Source: a virus. From it: a DNA stretch of 64,000 bases. A program made the position numbers and the translations under genes. Below are positions 18,701-28,672 of this stretch, piece by piece. Below the pieces are notes generated by a model. The model had not been told where the DNA came from. It saw only the letters and a list, made by a program, of their open reading frames with translations, and made no database searches. The stretch covers positions 96,001-160,000 of IMG/VR virus record IMGVR_UViG_3300014911_000001; one strand, written 5' to 3'. Each line of letters opens with the position of its first letter. Positions within the stretch are counted from its first letter, which is position 1.

Positions 18701-19232
18701 GAAAACTACCTTTACTGATCCGATAAATCTGCGTGTTGAGATGGATTTTTTTATGGATGGTGGAGGTGGTATAGGTCCCAAGGGACATTATGTTATTTTA
18801 CGGCATTATTTAGTTGATCAGAAGTCTGATTATTACTCGCACATAACAGGAGAAGGGCATGGCGGGCCGGCTTACAAATTTGAGGAAGCTTGTATAAAGA
18901 CACGGCGAGTGCCATTTAGATCGATGCAACAGGAAGCTGACATGACTCAGATTGGTGAGGTACAGAATTATGATTATATTTACTATTTTAGATATGATGA
19001 TGTGCCGTTTGATTTACTTCCGGGTGATCATATTTATGAATTACAACCTCCTTATGATTTAGATGGTAGTGCGGATGACGAGGAATTACTCAGAGTTCCG
19101 CGTTATGCGCGTTATCGTATAGGATTTGTGCATCATTATAGAGAGCGTTCGGGGCGTGTTGAATATGTTGCAGCATTAGTAACTTATGACAGTATAGGTG
19201 GTGAAGCCCCGCTTATGAAACAAAATGGCTAA
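18693..19232 (+). CDS. Putative head closure/neck protein (ATG at 18693)
   Basis: Position after the adaptor; YIYYFRYD...GDHIYEL...SGRVEY pattern. Confidence 0.55.
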   Translation: MYEKTTFTDPINLRVEMDFFMDGGGGIGPKGHYVILRHYLVDQKSDYYSHITGEGHGGPAYKFEEACIKTRRVPFRSMQQEADMTQIGEVQNYDYIYYFRYDDVPFDLLPGDHIYELQPPYDLDGSADDEELLRVPRYARYRIGFVHHYRERSGRVEYVAALVTYDSIGGEAPLMKQNG

Positions 19233-19923
19233 TAGTAATAGTACAGCGCAGTTTGTAGATCTTATTTTTGATCCACGGTTTCTTGATGCGTTGAAGTCTA
19301 ATGTTATACCGAGGCCGATAAGATATGGTGAGATCTTATCCTTGTCGCAGTTATTTGGTGTTATAAAGCAGGTTATTGAGCATCTGAGGCCGCAGTGCAA
19401 GGTTTATCCGGCATATGGAAAGCATTTTTTGTATGCTTATGGTCTTGTTGATGATGAACCTGAGGCGGGCTTCAAAATTCCAGATGAGATTATCGGTTAT
19501 GTACTATATAGTGCGGAGCCTGCGACGATGGGTGGTTCACAACCTGGTTCAAGTCCACAGGTGCGGCGGCCTCGTCCGGTACATAATGCTTTAACCGTAG
19601 ATGTGGATTATGCTGCGCAGTTATATTACTATGCACTTGATGCGTACATTGATTTTTTCTTTTTTGCAAAGGATACACAGAGCATATATGAGTTGATGGA
19701 TTGGTTTCAGGAATTGATGTTTTCGACGCTGTCGCCTTTGTTAAAATATTTGGGTGTAGAGCAGGTTCATTTTGATTCGGCGGGCTTCGATGAATACATG
19801 CGTTCTGTTCGACCAGAGGTTGTAATTCCGATAATGAGGTATTATTTTAGGATACAGCGTCTGTATGTTTCGTATCAGAAGATTATTAAAGCAATTTTGT
19901 TTAGTCTTATAGAGGAACAATAA
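19225..19923 (+). CDS. Putative tail terminator/completion protein
   Basis: Immediately upstream of the sheath; size and alternating alpha/beta pattern. Confidence 0.5.
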   Translation: MANSNSTAQFVDLIFDPRFLDALKSNVIPRPIRYGEILSLSQLFGVIKQVIEHLRPQCKVYPAYGKHFLYAYGLVDDEPEAGFKIPDEIIGYVLYSAEPATMGGSQPGSSPQVRRPRPVHNALTVDVDYAAQLYYYALDAYIDFFFFAKDTQSIYELMDWFQELMFSTLSPLLKYLGVEQVHFDSAGFDEYMRSVRPEVVIPIMRYYFRIQRLYVSYQKIIKAILFSLIEEQ

Positions 19924-19942
19924 AACATAGGAGTGGGGAAAA

Positions 19943-22900
19943 ATGCCAAGGGATATAAGAGTAAGATTCAGGCCTACGTTGGTTACCCCTCAGATAAGAG
20001 GGGGGTTTCCCACGCTAGGTGTTTTGATTATCGGTACGGCTACTGATGGCCCGACAAATGAGCCGGTTATTGTAAGGGGTCTTGAAGAAGCACAGGAGAT
20101 TTTTGGCAACTTAGGTGAGGGGACTCTGCTGGAGGGTTATCATGAATTTATCACAGGTGCTTCACGTGGTGCAGACCTGCGTACTGTTGTGGGGCTTATG
20201 AGACTGGATTTCGGTGAGTATGCTAGTGTGGAGCTACCAGAGCCATCGACGGGTACAGGGCTAAGCGAGCCAATGGGTGCAACGGCGCTTACTATTAGAG
20301 CAAGATATAAAGGTGAAATATACAATATGTTTACCATATCATATAAAGCGGTAGCTGGCGGGTTTGCTGTATCTATAGTTGTGCCAGCTGAGAAAGATCC
20401 ATCAGGAAAAAGCCAAGAATATGTGCTTCTTTGTGACCCATCAGGTAGTAATACAGAGCTTATAAATAATCTTACGGAGCTGGCTAATGCTATTAATCAT
20501 CATCCAGTGCTGGCACGTTGGTTGTATGCGGAGGTAAACCTTCTTGATAGTAGATATTCAACGTATATATCCAATGGATTTTATTCGGGAGCTGGTGAGT
20601 CATTTAATGCGTGGGGTGTAGGATATAATGAGACTGATAAGGTTATAGATTTTGTGAGCCGATTTAGTGGCTCGCCTAGTAGTGATGTTTTGGATTCAGA
20701 TGGTGACGATACACTAGGACAGTATCATCCTTATACGATATTTGGGACGACTCCTATCAATGTTAGGGCCACATCACTTGACAACATACAGAATATAAGG
20801 AATTTTGGAAAACTGGCATTGTATGATGTGTCTGTGGATGCTAATACGAAGATTGCTAATTTAGGTGTCTATCCTCTTATACAGACCAAAGCCGGTGCAA
20901 CAAAATTTTATCCCATAAGCGCATATAATGATTATGATGATGATGGTATGTATATTGATGTACCTAATTATCTAAGGAATTGGGACACCCCCGCGACAGC
21001 TAAATATCTTATACCGGGTAGATTTCCTGTATCGGAGGCTGTCTTCTATATGGATGTGATTCTGAACCCCAGCGGGGCTTCAGGGGATGTGAATTATGTC
21101 GAAACTAATATGTTCCTGCCTGTGGATGTTTATGGTGATGTATCACTAGCTAATCTTATTAATGCATCAAGTGTTAGTGATACAAGACGGTTTAGTTATA
21201 AATGGATAATACAGACAGAAGCCGGGACGGTTTATGATAGTGGGGCATCTACTTATACGGGTTGGATGTTGCCTCTTTTCCATTCTCCAATGTCATCTAT
21301 CGGTGGATTAATATTATTCCATCAGAAAGATGGATCGCCGGTTGATGAGTTGGATACGATATTTGGTTCATGGAAATATCTCTATTTAGGTGTGCCTTCA
21401 CAGGTAGGTGGATCGGCGCCTGATTGGTATTCTACGACATCTGATGCAGCTACATTAAAACTTATTGATACAGGGGATAGTGAGAAGGTCCATATAGGTT
21501 TGGGTCCTGCATCAGCATTTTTCACGAAGACTGATGTAACGAGCCATTATGGTAATGAGACATCACCGGATGAGAATTATACTAATGCTATAAATACGGA
21601 TGTAAAAGATTTTGATGGTTCGTATTCAGGTAATGAGTTCAAGCTCTATTATTCAACAGATGGTTCATCTTGGCATGAAATTCCTTTGTATTATGAATAT
21701 GATGGTAAATATTGTTCTGGCCTTACATTAGAGTGGACATTTAATGGTCAAACAGATCTGGCCGCCTTAACTGACCTAAATACATTCAAGATCAAATTCT
21801 TTGATGGGATCACATGGTCCTCGGAGGATGATCCCGAGATCAAAGAAATCCAGTCGAAGTATCCATTCCTTGAGGTTGCGAAGGATACCAGCACTGGTGA
21901 ATATTATCTCGTAATAGCTGCTGGAACAAGAATAAGACTAACGGGTTATACACCGAAGGTTATGTTGAAGTACCTGCCTTCGAGGGCGGCGCTTAATGAC
22001 TGGTATGAGTATACTGTCTATCAGGATAGGATTGAGTTTGGTACACCTTATCCATACACAATTAAATTCAAGGTTCATTATCTCAAGGAGTTTGTTGAGA
22101 ATGTTGATTACATATATGATTCCGCACAGGGTACATTCCAGATGCTTGACTCTGAATTGATACCACCTGATAAGCTAACATTGCTTTATATGGATTACCA
22201 GTTTGAGCCTGAGTGGTTTGATACGTCTCGTATCTATACATTATCAGGTGGTTCATCTGGGTTTGAGAGGGCGCGGCCTCTTGAATACTATGCAAAGTTC
22301 CGTACGGCCTTGCAAGCTATAAGCACAGATGATAGATTTGACATTATAGTGCCAAAGGGTGCTTATATAGACACAGTTGATGAGGTATATGATGCATCTA
22401 TATCTTCGACGACATATGTTAATGTAGGCTATGTGGATCTCTTTGATGAGTTTACGCAGAAACGTGCTGATGATGGCAACCCAACGATTGTTATCCTAGC
22501 AGCGGAACCTTATAAACCTGAGACAGCTATTGTAGGTTATACCCGTGAGGGTATAGCTAATTGGGTAACAAGGATGACCGATACTACATCAATTGATCCC
22601 CGTTCGCCGGCGGGCTTAATTGCCTCTGTGACTGACAATCCAATGATGTGTGTTACTGTTGTACCGATAGCACTTATAGCACCGGGCGGCGCTTATTACA
22701 TATCGGATGGAGCTGCATTCCTTGCGGGTCTTGCTGCAAGATTCCATTATGTGCCCCGCACTGCAGCTAATGAGAGTCTTTACAACCTTGCACTTCCTAA
22801 TGGTGTCAGACCTGCGTTTAGATTATCGGAGTCACAGGTTGATGCATTGCTCAACATGCGTTACATAGTGTTCCACATGGGTCAGGATGGAGCGCCGCGG

Positions 22901-23227
22901 CTTATGAGAGATACAACACTTGCCCAGCCATTTAGTTCATTGAGTGCGCTAACCCACCTAGCTGTGTTGCTGCGTATTAAGCAGGGATTTATAAGAAGGC
23001 TGCGGCCTCATATCGGTAAGATCGTTAACGCTCAGACGAAGATGGAGGTTGATGCAGCTATAACATCCGAGTTGGCACTATGGCAGAAGAGTGGGATTAT
23101 ACAGCAGGCTATAGTTGATATTGATTGGGCAAGTCTTGAAGGTACATTGGGAGTATTACCAGTGCATATTACGATTGTGAGATCACCCATTCTGAAGGGT
23201 GTTGAAATAGATATTGTTGTGCGGTAA
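19943..23227 (+). CDS. Contractile tail sheath protein with a large central insertion
   Basis: N-terminal IIGTATDGPTNEPV...AQEIFG; LSGGSSG; C-terminal sheath domain (FLAGLAA, LSESQVDALL, HIGK, LPVHITIV). Confidence 0.9.
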   Translation: MPRDIRVRFRPTLVTPQIRGGFPTLGVLIIGTATDGPTNEPVIVRGLEEAQEIFGNLGEGTLLEGYHEFITGASRGADLRTVVGLMRLDFGEYASVELPEPSTGTGLSEPMGATALTIRARYKGEIYNMFTISYKAVAGGFAVSIVVPAEKDPSGKSQEYVLLCDPSGSNTELINNLTELANAINHHPVLARWLYAEVNLLDSRYSTYISNGFYSGAGESFNAWGVGYNETDKVIDFVSRFSGSPSSDVLDSDGDDTLGQYHPYTIFGTTPINVRATSLDNIQNIRNFGKLALYDVSVDANTKIANLGVYPLIQTKAGATKFYPISAYNDYDDDGMYIDVPNYLRNWDTPATAKYLIPGRFPVSEAVFYMDVILNPSGASGDVNYVETNMFLPVDVYGDVSLANLINASSVSDTRRFSYKWIIQTEAGTVYDSGASTYTGWMLPLFHSPMSSIGGLILFHQKDGSPVDELDTIFGSWKYLYLGVPSQVGGSAPDWYSTTSDAATLKLIDTGDSEKVHIGLGPASAFFTKTDVTSHYGNETSPDENYTNAINTDVKDFDGSYSGNEFKLYYSTDGSSWHEIPLYYEYDGKYCSGLTLEWTFNGQTDLAALTDLNTFKIKFFDGITWSSEDDPEIKEIQSKYPFLEVAKDTSTGEYYLVIAAGTRIRLTGYTPKVMLKYLPSRAALNDWYEYTVYQDRIEFGTPYPYTIKFKVHYLKEFVENVDYIYDSAQGTFQMLDSELIPPDKLTLLYMDYQFEPEWFDTSRIYTLSGGSSGFERARPLEYYAKFRTALQAISTDDRFDIIVPKGAYIDTVDEVYDASISSTTYVNVGYVDLFDEFTQKRADDGNPTIVILAAEPYKPETAIVGYTREGIANWVTRMTDTTSIDPRSPAGLIASVTDNPMMCVTVVPIALIAPGGAYYISDGAAFLAGLAARFHYVPRTAANESLYNLALPNGVRPAFRLSESQVDALLNMRYIVFHMGQDGAPRLMRDTTLAQPFSSLSALTHLAVLLRIKQGFIRRLRPHIGKIVNAQTKMEVDAAITSELALWQKSGIIQQAIVDIDWASLEGTLGVLPVHITIVRSPILKGVEIDIVVR

Positions 23228-23252
23228 GATTGGTGGAAGGAATATCAAGTAG

Positions 23253-23289
23253 AAGGCCCTCCGTATGAAGCGGGGGGCCTTTTTGTTTT
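23253..23289 (+). terminator. Rho-independent terminator after the sheath gene
   Basis: AAGGCCCTCCG-TATGAAG-CGGGGGGCCTT followed by TTTGTTTT. Confidence 0.85.
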
Positions 23290-23305
23290 GGTATGTTGTC
23301 TTGAG

Positions 23306-23539
23306 ATGAAAGATGTGAAGATATACATTGATGATGGTATTTTATATGTGGAATTTCATGAGTTCTACGATCGGGCCGATATATTGATTTATGATGTGAA
23401 GGGCCGGCTTATTCATGAAGGGACTGCGGCCGGCTTAAGCGTCTATACATATGACATGTCTCGTTATGCAAGTGGTCCTTACATTGTTGTTATTTTGGTT
23501 AGTGGTAGAAAATATAGTAAGGTAGTCACATTGCATTAG
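23306..23539 (+). CDS. Stand-alone T9SS type A C-terminal sorting domain-like (Por_Secre_tail/FlgD-Ig) protein
   Basis: ILIYDVKGRLI...YDMSRYASGPYIVVI...KVVTLH matches the CTD pattern IyD..Gr.v...d.s.l..G.Yiv.i...K; start at ATG 23306 chosen because TTG 23288 overlaps the terminator. Confidence 0.7.
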   Translation: MKDVKIYIDDGILYVEFHEFYDRADILIYDVKGRLIHEGTAAGLSVYTYDMSRYASGPYIVVILVSGRKYSKVVTLH

Positions 23540-23554
23540 TATTAGGAGGTTATT

Positions 23555-24412
23555 ATGGGACTGACATTAAGTTCTAATAAATATGCTAAGACATTTAATT
23601 CCTTTTCAGGTGCCGATATATTCATAATCTTTGAAAATGCTACTGTTGGGACAATAACCCAGCTATCTTGGAATATAACGAGGGAGAAGGCCCCTCTTTA
23701 TGTTCTTGGCCATGTTGATGCTGTGGGTACATCACGTGGTAAGAGAAGCATTGCTGGTTCACTTACAGGTCTAATCTTTGACCGTTGGACACTCTTTGAT
23801 CTGGCATGGGGATCTGACATTACAGGTGAAGGTGGCCGTACCGGTGAGTATGCTGAGTATGCAAGGAAGACGGGTGATATCTTGGTGCCGGGTGATTTGA
23901 TGTTTGTGGATTATGCTGATATATATGGCACTGATGTAGCACCGGGTACTAGAGCATGGCCTGTAGGTGGTGGTGGGTCTGCTGAGGAAGCATGGAAAAA
24001 GATGCTTGGTTGGGAGCCTAGCAGGGTTGTGTATGCTGACCAAATGCTACCATGTGATGTAACGATTGTTGGTATTAATGAGGCAGGTAACTTTATGGTT
24101 TCGAGGATTTTTGGTATAGATTTGCTATCAACAGGTGCTGGTATATCAATTGATGATGTAACTATGGAGGAGCAGTATACATGGTTTGCTATGTCAATGC
24201 TACCATTTTTACCGAGGTATACAGGCGGTGAAGGTACTGGCTTAGAACTTTATAATCTCCTTAAGGAGTATTGGGGACTACCGGGTTCAGAGATGGCGTC
24301 GTTAAAGTCAGCTATGGAGACAATAGCTAGAGCAAGTCGTTCTGGTTTAGGTACTGGTAGCACTACTGGTGGAACAGGTACTGGAGGAACTGGTACTGGT
24401 GGAGGAGGTTGA
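23555..24412 (+). CDS. Tail tube protein
   Basis: Follows the sheath, strong AGGAGG RBS; SFSGADI...REKAPLYVLG...RGKRSIAGSL tube-type motifs; Gly/Thr C-terminal tail. Confidence 0.75.
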   Translation: MGLTLSSNKYAKTFNSFSGADIFIIFENATVGTITQLSWNITREKAPLYVLGHVDAVGTSRGKRSIAGSLTGLIFDRWTLFDLAWGSDITGEGGRTGEYAEYARKTGDILVPGDLMFVDYADIYGTDVAPGTRAWPVGGGGSAEEAWKKMLGWEPSRVVYADQMLPCDVTIVGINEAGNFMVSRIFGIDLLSTGAGISIDDVTMEEQYTWFAMSMLPFLPRYTGGEGTGLELYNLLKEYWGLPGSEMASLKSAMETIARASRSGLGTGSTTGGTGTGGTGTGGGG

Positions 24413-25587
24413 TGAGATTAGAGGATGCTGAAAGCAAGCAGTATGTATTTAGTTTTAGTGGTGCTGATTATATACCATTTGCTTTTGTGGGGGGGCGGCT
24501 TCGTGCGCTCCCCCTTGTTATGACGATAACGGCTTCTTTTGTTGCTGATCAGGCGCCAGCCTTAACCCTTGGTAGTAAGGTACCACTGACAATAAGGCCC
24601 GGTCATGTTACTGTCGCGGGCTCCATTATAGGGGCTGTTAGTGATGTACATCCTCTCTTTCCATTGACATCATTGTTTGTTAGGGATGTGCGCTTCGGTA
24701 CTGATGTTGCGCTAAGGACATATGAATTACCCCTTTTTGATATTATTATTGTTGGCATTAATGAGGTAGGTAGGACGACCGTTGCGAAGGTTTATGGTGC
24801 ACGCATCCAGCAGGGAGGATATACGTATTCAATCCAGGATCTTTACACAGAAACAACATTTCAGTATAGGGCGCTGGATATGGATGAACCTCAGGTAGCA
24901 CCTGTTATGGAAGGTGAGATGATGCATTATATTAATCCAGCCATATTTTTTGACCGGCTTAATAGGATTCCTATCTTAGCGAAGAATAAAGCGGAGGTTG
25001 GTGCTGTATTGGGTGTTATATTATCATTGCGTGCGAAACTTATTGACATCTATGACAAGATTGCTAATGCAAAGAGTATAGAAGAGCGTGAGCATTGGTT
25101 GCAGGAAGCTGAAAATGTGCAGGAAGAAATCCGCAGGTATGAGGATGCGCTTAATACGACATTGAGGTTATATTCGAGGACTGTTATATCAGGTAATCAA
25201 TTTGCGGATGCTGTATTTGGGGATTTGGTTTGGCCGCGGGATTTGAAGTATGTTGAAGTGGAGAAATCTTATGTATATCCGCAGCGTTATTATGCATCTG
25301 TTGGGGATACACAGAAGATTGGTACCTATCAATGGCGTTCTGAACATGAGACTGATATGTGGAATATATATACCTATTTCCAACAGATTTATATAATGTT
25401 ACGAGATTCGTATCGAAAAGGAGATGTACCTATGCATGATTTATATAGGAGGTGCTTAGATTTCCGTGCGAAGTTAATAAGTGCTATGTCAACCTTTAAG
25501 GAGGATAAATATTTACATCCATATTATGGTGAAGCTTTATTGAAGCGTTATGATGAGTTAATTAAGCAGATAAGAGAGAGACTATGA
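24412..25587 (+). CDS. Tail-tube paralogue (tube initiator-like) with a coiled-coil C-terminus
   Basis: Visibly homologous to the preceding gene: SFSGADY, VAGSII, LPLFDIIIVGINE.G. Confidence 0.7.
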   Translation: MRLEDAESKQYVFSFSGADYIPFAFVGGRLRALPLVMTITASFVADQAPALTLGSKVPLTIRPGHVTVAGSIIGAVSDVHPLFPLTSLFVRDVRFGTDVALRTYELPLFDIIIVGINEVGRTTVAKVYGARIQQGGYTYSIQDLYTETTFQYRALDMDEPQVAPVMEGEMMHYINPAIFFDRLNRIPILAKNKAEVGAVLGVILSLRAKLIDIYDKIANAKSIEEREHWLQEAENVQEEIRRYEDALNTTLRLYSRTVISGNQFADAVFGDLVWPRDLKYVEVEKSYVYPQRYYASVGDTQKIGTYQWRSEHETDMWNIYTYFQQIYIMLRDSYRKGDVPMHDLYRRCLDFRAKLISAMSTFKEDKYLHPYYGEALLKRYDELIKQIRERL

Positions 25588-27590
25588 TAGTCCGCCGTTT
25601 TGTAAATACTAACATATATAAGAATCTACAGGAGAAGCAGGGCATAACGGACAATGATGGTACTGTTTCCTATAAGCCGGCTGAGGAAACGACTTTTGAT
25701 ATACCTTATTTAGAGGATTTTTATACCCCTGCGCTTATTACGCTTTACTTTGATGGCATAAGGATAGCTGAGGCTGTTTTTGTGGAATATGTTTATAATG
25801 ATCAGAAGATACCTGTTTATGGTTATGGGGATCGTTATGTTCGTGCATTTGAGGAGGGGCATCATTTAATAAGCGGGCGCATGGGGTTTTTATTTAAGGA
25901 GACGGCTTATTTATCGAGTGTTATTGATTTGGTATCAGGAAGCCGGCTTATTACCACACCCGGAGGTGAAAGTGCTGTATATGCATTGCTGCAGAGAGTA
26001 CTGAGCGATCCTGAGGTTAATGAAAAAGTTGAATATATGAGGCAGATTTTGACATCGGTATTTGGGTTGGAGCCCTTCAAGGTTGGGCAGCTTAATGCTA
26101 ATCAGATGATTAATTTATTAAAGATTTATAAGTCTGTTATTTATATGACTGTGAATCCCCGCTATGGCGCCACAGGTCCTTTGGTGACAGAGGCAATGAA
26201 CAGTAGCGAAGCGCTTAGTTCTCCCTCATCGCCACTGGTATGGAAGATCGGCTCGCCTCATGTTATATCGGCAATGTTAGATATGGAGGATGTCTTTGGT
26301 GAGGTGGCTATTGAAGGATTGTGGGAATCAGTGGAAGATGCATTATGGAGTAAGGAGGTGCCGGGCTTAGACATTGCACCCATCGTAGAGCATGATTTAG
26401 GTTATACAGGTTATGGGTATGTAATATCTGACAAAACATTTGATGTTTTTATAAGGTATGGTGCTGATGGATCAAGCATTACAGACCATACAGTTGAGGT
26501 TATCAATGATGTCCATCTTGTATCAAGTGGCAAGAGCATCAATGTTGGCTCGCCTGATCTTGTTGTTGAGGTTTTGGAGTTCATAGCGCGCACTAACAAT
26601 CGGCGGCTTAATATCTACCAGCATAAACAGGTATCGGAGACGGATGAGCTTATTCCACCGCAAATGGATAGTGGTATGAGCGAGGGGAAGAAGTATTTTA
26701 GTTATAAGAAAGAAGAAATGGAGAATGCGAGGGTCGGGGATCAGGAAAAGGAGAAATATAGAAAGCTTTCAGAAGAGGAATTGAAAGAAATGCGGGCTAC
26801 CTTGTGCGGTCGTTGTATTGATGAAAGATGTAGTATCAAGGTGGGTAGTTTTGGGTTTAACACGTTGAAAGATAGCTTGTTTGAACATACAGGTATAACA
26901 TTAGATATTAGCTATCGAGGTGAGACTCATTTTGGTCCTTTGGTCATATATGAAAAACCGACATTTACTTTGAGTGTGGAGAAGACAGTTGATAATTTGT
27001 TGGCTAATATTGCAAAATTATCGCAGGCTGCTACAAGGGGATCATTGGGTGGATTTGTAGTAGAGAAAGGTTTGTTGGAAGTTGTGTGGGGGCAGCATCC
27101 TAAACTTGAGCAGCAGGGCCCTCATAAAGTAAGGACAGTTGGTTGTCCTTTTGCGTTTGCGGAGGCGGTTGTAGAAAATTTGAAGCCATCATTTTGTTTA
27201 CGCTACTTGAATGCTCTTTTAAGGTATAGTGCCCCACCGAGTGCTATTATTGATGATTTGCGTGCTATTTTAGATTATGTTACTTCGCATTCAGGTATCG
27301 CAAGTTTGAAGTTTCCTATAGCTATTGCTATGGCTGGTCATGGTGATGAGTTTAATAAAAACATTTCGCAATATATGAAAGGGGTTCATGTGCCACAATT
27401 TGATGTATATGATGGATTAAAGATAAGTGTAAAAAAAGCACTACTACAAATAAATGAAGGGGAAAATACTCCTTATAAATTGGCTGTTTTGCCGTTGTAC
27501 ATAATTATGATTGATTTAGCTGACCGTGAATCGGTATTGAATTTTAAAAATAAGCTTGACACATGGACATTCCATCATTATTATTACTGA
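25584..27590 (+). CDS. Third tube-fold protein with insertion and C-terminal extension
   Basis: QKIPVYGYG...GHHLISGRM resembles tube motif EKAPLYVLG...GKRSIAGSL; later FDVFIRYG...DVHLVSSGKSI...EFIAR. Confidence 0.55.
   Translation: MIVRRFVNTNIYKNLQEKQGITDNDGTVSYKPAEETTFDIPYLEDFYTPALITLYFDGIRIAEAVFVEYVYNDQKIPVYGYGDRYVRAFEEGHHLISGRMGFLFKETAYLSSVIDLVSGSRLITTPGGESAVYALLQRVLSDPEVNEKVEYMRQILTSVFGLEPFKVGQLNANQMINLLKIYKSVIYMTVNPRYGATGPLVTEAMNSSEALSSPSSPLVWKIGSPHVISAMLDMEDVFGEVAIEGLWESVEDALWSKEVPGLDIAPIVEHDLGYTGYGYVISDKTFDVFIRYGADGSSITDHTVEVINDVHLVSSGKSINVGSPDLVVEVLEFIARTNNRRLNIYQHKQVSETDELIPPQMDSGMSEGKKYFSYKKEEMENARVGDQEKEKYRKLSEEELKEMRATLCGRCIDERCSIKVGSFGFNTLKDSLFEHTGITLDISYRGETHFGPLVIYEKPTFTLSVEKTVDNLLANIAKLSQAATRGSLGGFVVEKGLLEVVWGQHPKLEQQGPHKVRTVGCPFAFAEAVVENLKPSFCLRYLNALLRYSAPPSAIIDDLRAILDYVTSHSGIASLKFPIAIAMAGHGDEFNKNISQYMKGVHVPQFDVYDGLKISVKKALLQINEGENTPYKLAVLPLYIIMIDLADRESVLNFKNKLDTWTFHHYYY
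27556..27584 (+). promoter_or_regulatory. Sigma70-type promoter
   Basis: TTGACA (27556-27561), 17-nt spacer, TATTAT (27579-27584), AT-rich UP-like tract upstream. Confidence 0.7.
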
Positions 27591-27617
27591 TGTTAAATCT
27601 TAACAAAGGGGTGGTAT

Positions 27618-28295
27618 ATGGATCCCAAAGAGTATAAACAGCAGCATGGTGTTGATATTTTTGCGGTTGGTTGTAATGTTCTGAAAAATACTTATAAGGC
27701 ATATTTTCCTATTATGTCTGTTGCTGATCTTACGACTGATGTTATGTATAATGACCCTGCGCGGGTTCATCTATTAAATGTTGTCCGTAACCTTGTTGAA
27801 AAGATAAGTTTAGGAACGATGACTGATGATGATTTGGTTGCTGTCATGGGTGGTTGCATTCATCTCGAAAAGAATATGCAACCTATTGATCCGATGTCTG
27901 TAGAGAATGCTATAGCTAAGCTCTTAGCTGAACGGTGGATTACTGCGATGGGCTTCTTTGATACACCGCGGGTTTATGTTGCTGAGGTGGATGGGCAAAC
28001 ATGCGATGTTGTTGAAACTGTTTATGCAGGTAAGGTTTACAAAATTTATCTAAAGCCTATATCAGGTGACAATGATCCTCGTATTGAGCATGTGTTGAAG
28101 GTCTTGGGTAGAGAGTATACGATTGATCAGACATATGATGTATTTAGAAGCTCGGTTGTGAAGGTTGAAGCCGCGCCCTTTGGGCAGCTATCGTTTGAGG
28201 ATGTTGAACTTAATGATAAAGTGCTGTTTGCAAGTGCTGTTATGGCGTGGATTGAGAATACAGGTAGCATTGAATATGATTACGAAATTATATAA
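27618..28295 (+). CDS. Hypothetical protein (tail assembly chaperone position)
   Basis: 225-aa ORF with GGGGTGG RBS, between tube genes and the tape-measure-like gene. Confidence 0.7.
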   Translation: MDPKEYKQQHGVDIFAVGCNVLKNTYKAYFPIMSVADLTTDVMYNDPARVHLLNVVRNLVEKISLGTMTDDDLVAVMGGCIHLEKNMQPIDPMSVENAIAKLLAERWITAMGFFDTPRVYVAEVDGQTCDVVETVYAGKVYKIYLKPISGDNDPRIEHVLKVLGREYTIDQTYDVFRSSVVKVEAAPFGQLSFEDVELNDKVLFASAVMAWIENTGSIEYDYEII

Positions 28296-28672
28296 TGAAT
28301 CTTATACGTATTAAGTATGAGGATACCACCTATGAATTTAATTATCCCACCCTATTTGATTACTACTTGTTTATTGATGGTCAAAAAGTTCGGGTATTTG
28401 ATCGCCTCGCATTAAAGGATTATAGTATTCCATCAATTAAGAAGGTGCGCATTATAACCATCCTCTTTCGTCACTTCCCCGCCTTTGCTACAGAGGATGA
28501 GGTATTTTCCAATATACCGGATGCTGGTGGTTTGATTTATTTAATTCGGGCATTTGGATATAAACCTCACGAATTATTGCAGTTAAATCCTTATGAGCTT
28601 GATTTTGCGGTAAGGTTGGCGGAATATATAAACAATCCAAAACTAGAGAATGACAGTAGTCCGCAGGAATAA
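28295..28672 (+). CDS. Putative tail assembly chaperone
   Basis: Small ORF before the giant protein; AFGYKPHELLQLNPYEL resembles TAC C-terminal motifs. Confidence 0.5.
   Translation: MNLIRIKYEDTTYEFNYPTLFDYYLFIDGQKVRVFDRLALKDYSIPSIKKVRIITILFRHFPAFATEDEVFSNIPDAGGLIYLIRAFGYKPHELLQLNPYELDFAVRLAEYINNPKLENDSSPQE

Noticed and set aside
24340-24420. Gly/Thr tail of the tube gene as a programmed frameshift linker into the next paralogue
   Set aside because: No X XXY YYZ slippery heptamer; GGAGGAGG is adequately explained as the RBS of the next gene
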